Source: Polyangiales bacterium (GTDB lineage Bacteria > Myxococcota_A > Polyangia > Polyangiales > Polyangiaceae). Taken from it: a stretch of 64,000 nt of DNA. Positions 1 to 9,319 of the stretch are shown piece by piece. The number at the start of each line of letters is the position of its first letter. Position 1 is the stretch's first letter. The notes below the pieces were generated by a model, which saw only the letters and a list, made by a program, of their open reading frames with translations, had not been told where the DNA came from and did not search any database. Where the stretch lies: assembly GCA_038230375.1 (NCBI GenBank), contig JBBRNJ010000007.1, positions 104,004 through 168,003 of the forward strand, in the 5' to 3' direction. Both the position numbers and the translations under genes were made by a program.

Positions 1-2
1 GG

Positions 3-566
3 CCCGCGAGCCTGCCTCCTGCGAGCATGCCTCCTGTATCAGCGAGTGCAGCAACTGCGCCGTCGAGCGTCGTGCTCGCGCCTCCGAGCGTCGTGCTCGC
101 ACCTCCCAACATCGTGCCCCTCCCACCGATATCGCACGCCTCCGCTGCGCGCTCCGGGCCCTATCCCAGCGCCGACGTCACTCAGTCCATCCGAAGGCCA
201 AGAAACAGTGCGTTCGTAGGTTTGATCCTGGGCGCTGGCGTCGTCGTGTTGCTCTTCGGTTGTGCGGTCGCCGTCGTGATGGCGCGCCGAACGCCGGACG
301 CCAGCGCCGCAGTTGCTCCCCCGATCGCAGAAACGCCGACCGTCACGCCCACCCCGACGGCTCTCGCAGCGACGGCGACGATGGCCGCGATCGCGCCCGC
401 GGTGTCGCTCGCCGCGCCCTCCGCCTCCGTTGCCATGACAGCGTCGTCGACCCCCGCGCAGAAGGACCCGTCGGCCCCCGCGCAGCGACGCGGCACGGGC
501 TCGAAGGCCGGCTCCAAGGATCCCGGCAGCAAGGATCCCTTCCAGGGGATCGGAGGGCGACGTTGA
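3..566 (+). CDS. 3' end of a membrane-anchored protein, probably a Ser/Thr kinase C-terminal tail (partial, begins before window)
   Basis: Open frame from the window edge; Pro/Ala/Ser/Thr-rich linkers around one TM helix (AFVGLILGAGVVVLLFGCAVAVVM); overlaps the next PEGA/TPR gene, a typical myxobacterial arrangement. Confidence 0.55.
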   Translation, partial: PASLPPASMPPVSASAATAPSSVVLAPPSVVLAPPNIVPLPPISHASAARSGPYPSADVTQSIRRPRNSAFVGLILGAGVVVLLFGCAVAVVMARRTPDASAAVAPPIAETPTVTPTPTALAATATMAAIAPAVSLAAPSASVAMTASSTPAQKDPSAPAQRRGTGSKAGSKDPGSKDPFQGIGGRR

Positions 567-1588
567 GGCGACTCGGCTTCCCGCGGGTCTCGTGCGTCCT
601 CGTCGTGACCGCGCTTTTGGTTGCCACGACACGCGCGACGGCGGAACCGACAGCGCAGGAGCGAGGGCTTGCGGACACGCTCTTCCGCGACGCGAAGGCC
701 ATGGTCACGGCGGGGAACGTGGGCCCTGCGTGTCTCAAGTTCGCCGAGAGTCAGCGCCTCGATCCGCAGGTCGGGACGCTGCTGTACCTTGCGACGTGTC
801 ACCAGCAAGAGGGCAAGACGGCCTCGGCCTGGGTCGAGTTCAACGACGCGGCGCATGCAGCACACGCCGCTGGACAGGCGGACCGTGAAACCATGGCGCG
901 GAGCCGCGCGGTCGCACTCGAGCCCAAGCTCTCACATCTCACGGTGCGCATCGCGAAGGCGGTGGACGCGCAAGCCGTCAAGGTCGACGGCCTTCCGCTG
1001 AACACCTCGGCATGGGGCGCGTCGTTCCCGGTCGACCCGGGAAAGCATGTCGTCGAAGCCTCCGCGCCCGCGCGCACATCGTGGCGGAAGGACATGGTCC
1101 TGGACGCCGGGAGCCAGACCGTTATCGACATACCCGAGCTCGCGCCCGCCGACCCTGGCCCGAAACCGGCGATCGTCGTCTTGCCTTCGCCTGCACCCGA
1201 GCAGCCAGTTGCTCCGCAAGATGACGGCGGGCGGCGTACGTTTGGGTTCGTCGCGCTGGGCATCGGCGGCGCCGGGCTGGTCACGGGTTCCATCTTCGGA
1301 GTGCTCGCGCTCGACGCGAAGAATCAGGCTGCGAAGCTCGGTGACGGTGGTGGTTGCGTCGGCAACCGCTGCACGCAAGCCGTGCTCGACAAGGAGGGCA
1401 ACGCACGCACGATGGGTTGGGTGTCCACCGCCGGCTTTGGTCTTGGGGTCGTCGGCGCCGGCGTGGGTGCGTGGCTGCTCCTCACTTCCGGCGGCAAGGA
1501 GCCCGCGAAGGCGGCGCGATCGGGCGTGTCGTTCGCGCCCGTCGTCAACGCGCACGACGTGGGCATGACGGCGGTGGGCTCGTTCTGA
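563..1588 (+). CDS. Secreted TPR/PEGA-domain protein with C-terminal TM helices
   Basis: TTG at 563 overlapping the upstream stop; signal peptide; ACLKFAESQRLDPQVGTLLYLATC TPR-like motif; PVDPGKHVVEASAP PEGA-like motif; Gly-rich hydrophobic C-terminus ending GSF. Confidence 0.75.
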   Translation: MRRLGFPRVSCVLVVTALLVATTRATAEPTAQERGLADTLFRDAKAMVTAGNVGPACLKFAESQRLDPQVGTLLYLATCHQQEGKTASAWVEFNDAAHAAHAAGQADRETMARSRAVALEPKLSHLTVRIAKAVDAQAVKVDGLPLNTSAWGASFPVDPGKHVVEASAPARTSWRKDMVLDAGSQTVIDIPELAPADPGPKPAIVVLPSPAPEQPVAPQDDGGRRTFGFVALGIGGAGLVTGSIFGVLALDAKNQAAKLGDGGGCVGNRCTQAVLDKEGNARTMGWVSTAGFGLGVVGAGVGAWLLLTSGGKEPAKAARSGVSFAPVVNAHDVGMTAVGSF

Positions 1589-1592
1589 ACGC

Positions 1593-2219
1593 TCAGGGGG
1601 CGCATGGCGACCCGGCGCCCGCCCAGGTCTTCCATGCGTTCATGAAGTCCGCGCGCGCGACCGGTATCGCGTTGCGACCCGGGCCAGGCGTCCACCCCCA
1701 CGCGACCAGCGGATCTTCCAGGTGCGTCAGGAGCGCGGCCCCATCCTTGCCGCCGTTCCTCGCCGGATCCGTAACGCGCGCGCAGAGCTCGCCGGACGAG
1801 AGGCCGACGAACTCGAGCTTGTTGCCGGGCGGAGGCATCCGCCAGCCCGTGCCCACACCGGGCGGAATGTGAAGGCCATAGGTGTCCGGCGGATTCGCAG
1901 GACCGTGGCACGTCACGCACTCCTGACCGGGCATGCCGCGGCCTTCCGGCCCGCGAAGGACGTTCTGCGCGTGCACGCGCCCGTCGTCACCTTGTAGCGG
2001 CGCGTCTCCGCCCGGATGACAGTTCTGACAGCGCGGATGCTGCAGCACGCCGCGCACGACCTCGAAGGCGGCGCGTGCGTCGGCTGCGCGCTTCGCCGCA
2101 GGATCTGCCTTCGGTACGACGGGCTGCGGAGGATCGCCGCAGGAGAAGGCCGTGAGCGCGGCCGTCAACGTGAGAGCGAGTGACGTCGGGTTGTGGAGCG
2201 AGCGAGTCATCGTACTCAT
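1593..2219 (-). CDS. Di-haem c-type cytochrome lipoprotein associated with the isoquinoline-oxidoreductase-type operon
   Basis: Lipobox-like AFSC; two CXXCH motifs (CQNCH, CVTCH); 4-bp overlap with the Mo subunit gene. Confidence 0.75.
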   Translation of the reverse strand: MSTMTRSLHNPTSLALTLTAALTAFSCGDPPQPVVPKADPAAKRAADARAAFEVVRGVLQHPRCQNCHPGGDAPLQGDDGRVHAQNVLRGPEGRGMPGQECVTCHGPANPPDTYGLHIPPGVGTGWRMPPPGNKLEFVGLSSGELCARVTDPARNGGKDGAALLTHLEDPLVAWGWTPGPGRNAIPVARADFMNAWKTWAGAGSPCAP

Positions 2220-4396
2220 GCGAGCTGGAAGGGGAGCGAGCGCAGGCGCTGCTTGGTGAGAGAGAACAGCGCGTTCGCGACGGCCGGTGCGATCGGCGCG
2301 GTGGCCGGCTCGCCGATGCCGCCCATCTTCGCGTCGCTCTTCTGGAGGAACACGTCCACGCGCGGCATCTCGTTCATGCGCAGCACGCGGTAGTCGTGGA
2401 AGTTGCTCTGGTCGACCTTGCCGCCCGTCAACGTGATCGCGCCGTGAAGCGCGGCTGACAGGCCGTAGGCGATGCTGCCCTGGACCTGCGCCTCCACCGC
2501 CAGCGGGTTCACGACGGTGCCGCAGTCGACCACGCAGGTGACCTTGTGCACCCGCGGCTTGCCGCGCTCCACGGAGACGTCAGCGACCTCCGCAACGATG
2601 GTCCCGAACGACTCGTGCACCGCAAGGCCCAGGGCGTGGCCTTCCGCGATTGGCTTGCCCCATCCCGCTTTTTCTGCGGCCAGCGTGAGCGCGGCGACGA
2701 AGCGCGGCTTGCCCTGGAGCAGCCGTAGTCGATACGCGAGCGGGTCCTGCTTCGCTGTGTGCGCGAGCTCGTCGATCATGCTCTCCATCGCGAACGCCGT
2801 GTGCGTGTTGCCCACGGAGCGCCACCAGAGCACCGTGACCGCCGACTCTGGCGAATGGAGCATCACGCGGCGCGCAGGCACGCTCTCCAGGTACGGTGAC
2901 TCGAAGAGGCCCTCCACGGACGAAGGATCGATGCCGTTCTTGATGCGGCTCGCGAACGGCGTGGTCGCCATGATCGACTGCCCCACCACGACGTGCTTCC
3001 ACGCCACGGGCGCGCCTTCGCCGTTCACGCCCACCTCGACGCGGTGCACGTACGCGGGGCGATACTGCCCGCCGCGCACGTCGTCCTCGCGCGTCCAGAC
3101 CACCTTCACGGGGACACCTGCGGCCTTCGCCACCTCCACAGCCTCTCCCACGTAGTCGGAGTTGGGGCTCGCGCGTCGACCGAAGCCGCCGCCCAGGAAC
3201 ATGGTGTTGATGGTGACGTTCGCGGTCGGGATGCCGAGGATCTTCGCGGCGGCGGCCTGGTCGACGGTCTGCATCTGCGTGCCCGTCCAGATCTCGCAGC
3301 GATCGCCGTCGATCCTGACGGTGCAGTTGAGCGGCTCCATCGGCGCGTGCGCCAGGTAGGGCACGTCGTACTCCGCCACGAGTCGGGTCTTCGAGGCGCC
3401 GAGCGCAGCGTCGACGTCGCCAACCTCGCCAGCGACGGCCCCGTTCGTCTTTGCCTTCGCGCGGAAATCGGCGAGCTGCGCGCGTGTGTCCACGCCGCCA
3501 CCAGGCGGTGCGTTCCACGTGGCGTTGAGCGCGTCGCGTCCAAGCTTGGCAGCCCAGAAATGTGCGCCGACAACCGCGACGCCGCGCGACGTGCGCACCA
3601 CCTTCGTGACACCGGGCACCTTGAGCGCCGCGCTGTCGTCGACGGAGGCGAAGGTGGCGCCGAACGCCGGTGGCCGCAAGACGAGCGCGGTCATCAGGCC
3701 GGGCATCTGCACGTCCATGCCGAACTTCGCGCGTCCTGTGATCTTCTCGGGTGTGTCCAGGCGCTTCATGGGCTTGCCGATGAGCGTCCACTCCGCGGGG
3801 GCCTTCAGCGTGACCTTCTCCGGCGGCGGGAGCGCCATGGCAGCGGTCGCGAGCTGTCCGTACGTGAGGCGCTTCTTGCCGCTGGTGACCGCGCCATCCT
3901 TCGCGGTGCACGACGCGGGAGGAACCTTCCATTTTTCGGCGGCGGCGCGCAGGAGCATGTCGCGCGCCATGGCGCCCACAGTGCGATAGCGATCGAACTC
4001 CGTGCGCGTGGTGCTGGAGCCGCCGGTCATCTGCATGCCGAATCGCGCGGGATGCCCGTAGACGCTCGCCGCTGGCGCGTGCTCGGTCTTCACCTTGGAC
4101 CAGTCGCACGAGAGCTCCTCGGCGATGACCATCGCGAGGCCCGTCCAGATGCCCTGACCCATCTCGGAGTGCGCGAGCACCACGGTGACGGTGTCGTCGG
4201 GGGCGATGCGAAGGAATGCGTTCGGCGGCGGAGGGGGCGGTGCAGGTTGCGCACCGGCCGGCGGCTTCACCTGCGGCTTCTCTACCGGCTTCGTGGCCGC
4301 AGAAATCGCGTTCCGCGGCGCAATGTAGAACGAGAGCACCAGGCCCGCGGCTGCCGCGCCCGAGCCCGCGAGGAAGGAGCGCCGCGAGACGGTCAT
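2216..4396 (-). CDS. Xanthine dehydrogenase-family molybdopterin-binding subunit (IorB-like)
   Basis: Tat signal [39 protein letters not shown] and GGIGEP motifs. Confidence 0.9.
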   Translation of the reverse strand: MTVSRRSFLAGSGAAAAGLVLSFYIAPRNAISAATKPVEKPQVKPPAGAQPAPPPPPPNAFLRIAPDDTVTVVLAHSEMGQGIWTGLAMVIAEELSCDWSKVKTEHAPAASVYGHPARFGMQMTGGSSTTRTEFDRYRTVGAMARDMLLRAAAEKWKVPPASCTAKDGAVTSGKKRLTYGQLATAAMALPPPEKVTLKAPAEWTLIGKPMKRLDTPEKITGRAKFGMDVQMPGLMTALVLRPPAFGATFASVDDSAALKVPGVTKVVRTSRGVAVVGAHFWAAKLGRDALNATWNAPPGGGVDTRAQLADFRAKAKTNGAVAGEVGDVDAALGASKTRLVAEYDVPYLAHAPMEPLNCTVRIDGDRCEIWTGTQMQTVDQAAAAKILGIPTANVTINTMFLGGGFGRRASPNSDYVGEAVEVAKAAGVPVKVVWTREDDVRGGQYRPAYVHRVEVGVNGEGAPVAWKHVVVGQSIMATTPFASRIKNGIDPSSVEGLFESPYLESVPARRVMLHSPESAVTVLWWRSVGNTHTAFAMESMIDELAHTAKQDPLAYRLRLLQGKPRFVAALTLAAEKAGWGKPIAEGHALGLAVHESFGTIVAEVADVSVERGKPRVHKVTCVVDCGTVVNPLAVEAQVQGSIAYGLSAALHGAITLTGGKVDQSNFHDYRVLRMNEMPRVDVFLQKSDAKMGGIGEPATAPIAPAVANALFSLTKQRLRSLPFQLA

Positions 4397-4854
4397 CGCG
4401 CCCCCTTACGCAGGCGCGCGGCCGCATGCACGGCCTCACGGATGCGCGGATACGTGCCGCAACGGCAGATGTTGCCGGAGAGCGCGGCATCGATGTCGCC
4501 ATCGGTGGGGTCGGCGTTCCTCTCGAGAAGCGCGGCGGCGGCCAGGATCTGCCCCGACTGACAGTAGCCGCACTGCACGACGTCCACGTCCGTCCAGGCG
4601 CGCTGCACCGGATGCGATCCGTCCGGCGAAAGCCCTTCGATCGTGAGCACCTTGCGTTTGCCCACCGCGGAGACGGGCAGCACGCACGAACGCGTGGGGG
4701 TCCCATCTAGATGTACAGTGCATGCACCGCACTGCGCGACGCCGCACCCAAACTTCACGCCCGTGATGCCGAGCAGATCGCGAAGGACCCAGAGCAGCGG
4801 CATGTCTGCCGGTGCATCGACCTCGCGTGTGGTTCCGTTCACGAAAAGCTGCAT
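4393..4854 (-). CDS. (2Fe-2S)-binding small subunit (IorA-like)
   Basis: [24 protein letters not shown] and NICRCGTY cysteine motifs. Confidence 0.92.
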   Translation of the reverse strand: MQLFVNGTTREVDAPADMPLLWVLRDLLGITGVKFGCGVAQCGACTVHLDGTPTRSCVLPVSAVGKRKVLTIEGLSPDGSHPVQRAWTDVDVVQCGYCQSGQILAAAALLERNADPTDGDIDAALSGNICRCGTYPRIREAVHAAARLRKGAR

Positions 4855-4918
4855 GCGTGCGCTCCTGTGAAGCGGACTCTACGCAGGTTCGCCGCCGCGC
4901 ATCAAGGCGCATCAGAAG

Positions 4919-5515
4919 CTACGTCGCGCGGAGCCACGCCTTCACGCGTTCGTCGGGCGTTGGGTGCTGCGTGACGTCGCTCACCACCGCGATCGAGTCG
5001 GCACCCGCCGCGTAAATCTCCTCGGCCTGCTCGAGCTTGATGCCGCCGATCGCGACCAGCGGTGTCGCCCCCACGCGCCTCTTCCACTCGCCGATGCGCG
5101 GAATTCCCTGCGGGTCGAAGCGCATGCTCTTCAGGGTGGTGGGGAAGATGGGACCCAGCGCGACGTAGTGGGGCGAATGAAGCAGCGCCTTCTCCAGCTC
5201 ATCCTCGTCGTGGGTGGAGATGCCGAGCGTGAGGCCCGCATTGCGGATCGCAGCGACGTCCGCCTCCGCGAGATCCTCCTGCCCAAGATGAACGTGCGCG
5301 GCCTTCGCGTGGATCGCCGCCTGCCAGTAGTCGTTGATGACCAGCTGCGTCTTCGTGCCTCTCGTGAGCGCGACCGCGGCGTGCACGACCATGAGCGCGT
5401 CGCCAGGGCTGAGGCCCTTCGCGCGCAGCTGCACCGTGCCCACGCCCAGCGCGCAGAGCCGCTCCACCCAGGCGACGCTGTCCACGATGGGATAGAAGCG
5501 ATCAGGGTACGGCAT
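4919..5515 (-). CDS. thiE: Thiamine-phosphate synthase
   Basis: [29 protein letters not shown] and VAIGGI motifs; ATG at 5515 (MPYPDRFYP). Confidence 0.92.
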   Translation of the reverse strand: MPYPDRFYPIVDSVAWVERLCALGVGTVQLRAKGLSPGDALMVVHAAVALTRGTKTQLVINDYWQAAIHAKAAHVHLGQEDLAEADVAAIRNAGLTLGISTHDEDELEKALLHSPHYVALGPIFPTTLKSMRFDPQGIPRIGEWKRRVGATPLVAIGGIKLEQAEEIYAAGADSIAVVSDVTQHPTPDERVKAWLRAT

Positions 5516-6284
5516 GCCAGAACGGTGTCCCGACAACGGGCGTGGATGGCGAGGCGAAGTCGCGCGCTCCCATGAGCCCTGCCTCGAACGCAATGCGACC
5601 CGCCTCCACGCCCAGGCGAAATGCGCCGGCCATGTTCACGGGGTTCCGGGCCTTCGCGATGGCGGTGTTGAGCAGCACCGCGTCGTAGCCCAGCTCCATC
5701 GCCTCTGCCGCGTGTGAAGGCGCGCCGAGCCCCGCGTCCACGACCAGCATGACGTCGGGCAGGCGCTGGCGCAGCAGTACGAGCGCGTCGCGGTTCTCGA
5801 TCCCGCGCGCGCTCCCGATGGGCGAAGCCCACGGCATGATCACGCGGCACCCGACGTCGCGCAGGCGCTGGGCGACGCTGAGGTCCTCGGTGCAGTAGGG
5901 GAACACCTGGAAGCCCTCCTTGATGAGGATGGCAGCTGCCTCCACGAGCCCCACGACGTCGGGCTGGAGCGTGTCGTCGTCGGCGATGACCTCGAGCTTC
6001 ACCCAGCTCTGGCCGAAGAGCTCGCGTGCGAGCTTCGCCGTGGTGACCGCTTCGCGCACCGTCTTGCAGCCGGCGGTATTGGGCAGCACGGTCACGCCCA
6101 GCTCGGAGATGAGCGAGAAGAAGGCCGCGCCGCTCTTGCCGCCGGCGGCCTCGCGGCGAACGGACACGGTGACGATCTGCGCGCCCGAGGCGCGGATGGC
6201 GTCCTGCATGATCTGCGGCGATGGATACAGCGCCGTGCCAGTGAGGATGCGGGACGAGAATTCCTTGCCGTAGAAGCTCACCAT
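5502..6284 (-). CDS. thiG: Thiazole synthase
   Basis: [34 protein letters not shown] and LLNTAIA motifs. Confidence 0.95.
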   Translation of the reverse strand: MVSFYGKEFSSRILTGTALYPSPQIMQDAIRASGAQIVTVSVRREAAGGKSGAAFFSLISELGVTVLPNTAGCKTVREAVTTAKLARELFGQSWVKLEVIADDDTLQPDVVGLVEAAAILIKEGFQVFPYCTEDLSVAQRLRDVGCRVIMPWASPIGSARGIENRDALVLLRQRLPDVMLVVDAGLGAPSHAAEAMELGYDAVLLNTAIAKARNPVNMAGAFRLGVEAGRIAFEAGLMGARDFASPSTPVVGTPFWHAVP

Positions 6285-6288
6285 TCGA

Positions 6289-6486
6289 TCAGCCTCCCTG
6301 TCGCGGCGTGAGGATCTCGATCGTGTCACCTTCGGAGAGCGCTGTCGCTGCCCAGCTGGCGCGCGGCACCACCTCCTCGTTCACTGCGATCGCAACATGC
6401 GCGTTCGCGTGCGAGAGCTCGATCAGGAGCTCCGGCAGAAGCGTGGCGCGCGTCTCGGTGCGCTCGCCGTTGATGATCAACCACAT
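6289..6486 (-). CDS. thiS: Sulfur carrier protein
   Basis: 65 aa MWLIING...AVNEEVVPR...EILTPRQGG with C-terminal GG; lies between thiO and thiG. Confidence 0.92.
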   Translation of the reverse strand: MWLIINGERTETRATLLPELLIELSHANAHVAIAVNEEVVPRASWAATALSEGDTIEILTPRQGG

Positions 6487-7484
6487 CGCATCACCTCGGG
6501 GTCGATCTCGCCGCGCTGCACGTACGCGGTCAGCAGCTCCGCCAGCGCTGGCGCAAGCAGGAAGCCGTGACGGTAGAGGCCGTTGACGCTGATGTGGTCG
6601 CCGCGGACGTCGATGCGCGGGAGGTTGTCGGGATAGGCAGGTCGCAGGCCCGCGCCCACCTCCACCACGCGCGCCTCCGCGAACGCCGGGTGGATCGAGT
6701 ACGCGGCGCTCAGCAGCTCCAGCACCGAGCGCACGCTCACGCCCAGGTCCTCGCTCTCGATCGATGTCGCGCCGATCAGGTAGCGCCCGTCGCTGCGCGG
6801 AACGATGTAGATCGGATGGCGCGGGTGCAAGAGCCTCACGGGACGCGAGAGCACGATCTCGTGCGTCTCGATCGTGACGGTCTCGCCCTTCACGCCGCGC
6901 AGCTCCTTGCCGGGTGCTGTGTCGCGCGCGCCCAGGCCACGACAGTCGATCACGAGGCCCTCGCACTCCTTTGGCTCCTTCGCGCCTTCCGTGATCGTGA
7001 CGCCGGCCTGGCGCAGCCCGGCATGCAGGCGCGGAAGATCGCGGCGCGGCTCGACGCGGCCTTCCTCCTCGTAGAACAGCGCATCCGTGAAGCGCCCGTC
7101 GAGCATGGGCTCGAGGTCGTGCAGCTCCTTCCCAGTCACCGCGCGATGGCCGGAAGTCCGCTGCGCGAAGCGCTCGAAGTCGGCGCGGTCGCGGCCGTGT
7201 GCCACCACCAGCGAGCCGTTCATCGGCGTGTCGGGCAGTGCGTCCTTCCACAGGGCGAGCGAGCGTACGCCAAGCCTGACCACCACGGGCTCCGCGGTCT
7301 CACCCTCGCAGTGGGGCGCCAGCATACCGCCCGCCCAGTGGCCGGCGTCCTGCGCGAGCGGGACCGCGCCGCGTCCGTCGAACAGCGTGACGGACCGGCC
7401 CGCCTTCGCGAGCATCAGCGCCTGCCACGTGCCCGCGATGCCCGCGCCAATGACGCTGACGGGCGCGTTCTTGCGCGATGACAT
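6477..7484 (-). CDS. thiO: Glycine oxidase (FAD-dependent)
   Basis: GAGIAG dinucleotide fold; AGGMLAP, GLRPAYPDNLP and NGLYRHGFLLAP motifs; first gene of the thi operon. Confidence 0.9.
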   Translation of the reverse strand: MSSRKNAPVSVIGAGIAGTWQALMLAKAGRSVTLFDGRGAVPLAQDAGHWAGGMLAPHCEGETAEPVVVRLGVRSLALWKDALPDTPMNGSLVVAHGRDRADFERFAQRTSGHRAVTGKELHDLEPMLDGRFTDALFYEEEGRVEPRRDLPRLHAGLRQAGVTITEGAKEPKECEGLVIDCRGLGARDTAPGKELRGVKGETVTIETHEIVLSRPVRLLHPRHPIYIVPRSDGRYLIGATSIESEDLGVSVRSVLELLSAAYSIHPAFAEARVVEVGAGLRPAYPDNLPRIDVRGDHISVNGLYRHGFLLAPALAELLTAYVQRGEIDPEVMRCG

Positions 7485-7531
7485 GGAACCCTGCGGCATC
7501 TTGGACCCTTCGTAGATATCATGCGGACCGA

Positions 7532-9319
7532 ATGGTCACCAACCCGCAACCGGCGCGCACAGGGCTAGGCAAGCGCCTCCAGGCGCTGCTCGCCGTGGTG
7601 GCCGCCAGCATCGTTGCGGTCGGTGCCGTCGGGTACGTGCGCACCGTGTCCATCGAGGAGCGAATCAGCTACCTGGACGGGCGGGTGAGTCCCCTGCGCG
7701 AGCTCAAGGCCGTTTCGGACCTGCACGCGATCGACGTCGTCGACACCGTGCACAAGGTGGTGTTCGGTCGCTTCACCCCGGCGGAGGGAGCGAAGCGCCT
7801 TGCAGCAGCAGCGCTCGAGATCGACCAGGTCTGGCAGGCCTACACGCACGGTCCGCTCACCGCGGAGGACCAGCGCCACGTGCACGAGACGGCGCCGCTC
7901 ATGCTCGCCGCACGCAGCGCGATCGATGAGGCGCGCGACGCGATGCTTCGTGACGACGTGGTGGCGCTGGACGACTTCCGCCGCAACAGGATGTACCAGG
8001 CGATCGACCCGCTGACAGCACAGCTGAACGAACTCGCGCAGCACCAGGTGCAGGAGGTCGACCTCGTAGCGCGCGTCGCCCAGCGTGACCTCACCACGTC
8101 GCGTAACGTGAGCACGGCGGCGCTCGCGCTCGCTGGATTGCTGGCGCTGTTCGTCGGCTTTCGCTTCTCGCGAAGGCTCGCATCATCACTTTCGGCGATG
8201 CAGGCCGTGGTGCGCAGCGCCGCGAGCGGCGACCACGCTGCGCGCGCCTCGCTCGAAGGCGACGACGAGCTTGCGGCGATGGCCGCCGACATCGACGCGA
8301 TGAACGAGAGCCTGGAGCAAGCGCGGCGCGAGATCGAGGCTCACGCGACGGTGCTCGCGGCGTCCGAGAAGAAGGCCCGCGAGGCAAACATCGCCAAATC
8401 GATCTTCCTCAGCAGCATGAGCCACGAGCTCCGGACGCCGCTCAACGTGATCCTCGGGCACGCGCAGCTCCTTCTTCGCGCGCAGCCGTCGGCGACGCAA
8501 AAGCGCCAGCTCACGAGCATCACCGAGGCCGGCGGTCACCTGCTCCAGCTGATCGACGACGTCCTGTCGCTCTCGAAGGTGGAGGCGGGAACGATGGAGC
8601 TGTATCCGCGCCCGTTCTCGCCCGCGCAGCTGGTGCGGCGCGTTGCCAACCTGCTGGCGTTCCAGGCGACCGCGAAGGGACTCGCGCTCGACGTGCGATG
8701 CGATGCGTCGGTCCCCGAGCGCGTTTTGGGGGACGAAGGAAAGCTGCGCCAGGTCCTGGTCAACCTGCTCGGCAACGCCATCAAGTTCACCAGAGCAGGT
8801 ACGGTCTCGGTCGCTGTTGGGTACCCCGAGGGCAAGCTCGACGTGCGGGTGACCGACACGGGCCCGGGCATCTCGGAGGAAGAGCGCGCTTGTCTCTTCG
8901 AGACATTCTACCAGGGCAGCGCCGGGCGGGCGTCCGCCACTGGAACGGGGCTGGGGCTCCATATCAGCCAGACGCTGGTGCGTTTGATGGGCGGGGACAT
9001 CCGCGTGGAGAGCACCGTCGGGGCAGGCAGTACGTTCTCGTTCGCAGTCGCGCTGCCGTGCGCTCCCGACGTCTCGGAGAGTGGAGCTGTCGACGCGAAG
9101 GTCATGGACGGACGGCTCCGTGAGCCGAGAGATGCGGTCGCGCTGCTGTCGTCGGAGCAGCGCGCACGCCTTCTCCTGCCGTTGCAGCTCGGCGATCTGG
9201 CGGAGGCGCTACGCGTGGCCGATTCGCTGTCGGACCGGGCGATCGCGGCGCCGATTCGCGCGGTCATCGAGACCTACCGGGTCGACGGTCTGCTAGAAGC
9301 CTTGCGGGAGGGGGTGTAG
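7532..9319 (+). CDS. Membrane sensor histidine kinase (4-helix-bundle sensor, HAMP, HisKA, HATPase)
   Basis: Two TM helices; DELAAMA HAMP; MSHELRTPLN H-box; NLLGNAIKFT, DTGPGI and GTGLGL boxes. Confidence 0.9.
   Translation: MVTNPQPARTGLGKRLQALLAVVAASIVAVGAVGYVRTVSIEERISYLDGRVSPLRELKAVSDLHAIDVVDTVHKVVFGRFTPAEGAKRLAAAALEIDQVWQAYTHGPLTAEDQRHVHETAPLMLAARSAIDEARDAMLRDDVVALDDFRRNRMYQAIDPLTAQLNELAQHQVQEVDLVARVAQRDLTTSRNVSTAALALAGLLALFVGFRFSRRLASSLSAMQAVVRSAASGDHAARASLEGDDELAAMAADIDAMNESLEQARREIEAHATVLAASEKKAREANIAKSIFLSSMSHELRTPLNVILGHAQLLLRAQPSATQKRQLTSITEAGGHLLQLIDDVLSLSKVEAGTMELYPRPFSPAQLVRRVANLLAFQATAKGLALDVRCDASVPERVLGDEGKLRQVLVNLLGNAIKFTRAGTVSVAVGYPEGKLDVRVTDTGPGISEEERACLFETFYQGSAGRASATGTGLGLHISQTLVRLMGGDIRVESTVGAGSTFSFAVALPCAPDVSESGAVDAKVMDGRLREPRDAVALLSSEQRARLLLPLQLGDLAEALRVADSLSDRAIAAPIRAVIETYRVDGLLEALREGV

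Noticed and set aside
7485..7531. TPP riboswitch upstream of thiO
   Set aside because: Gap too short and no CTGAGA core seen
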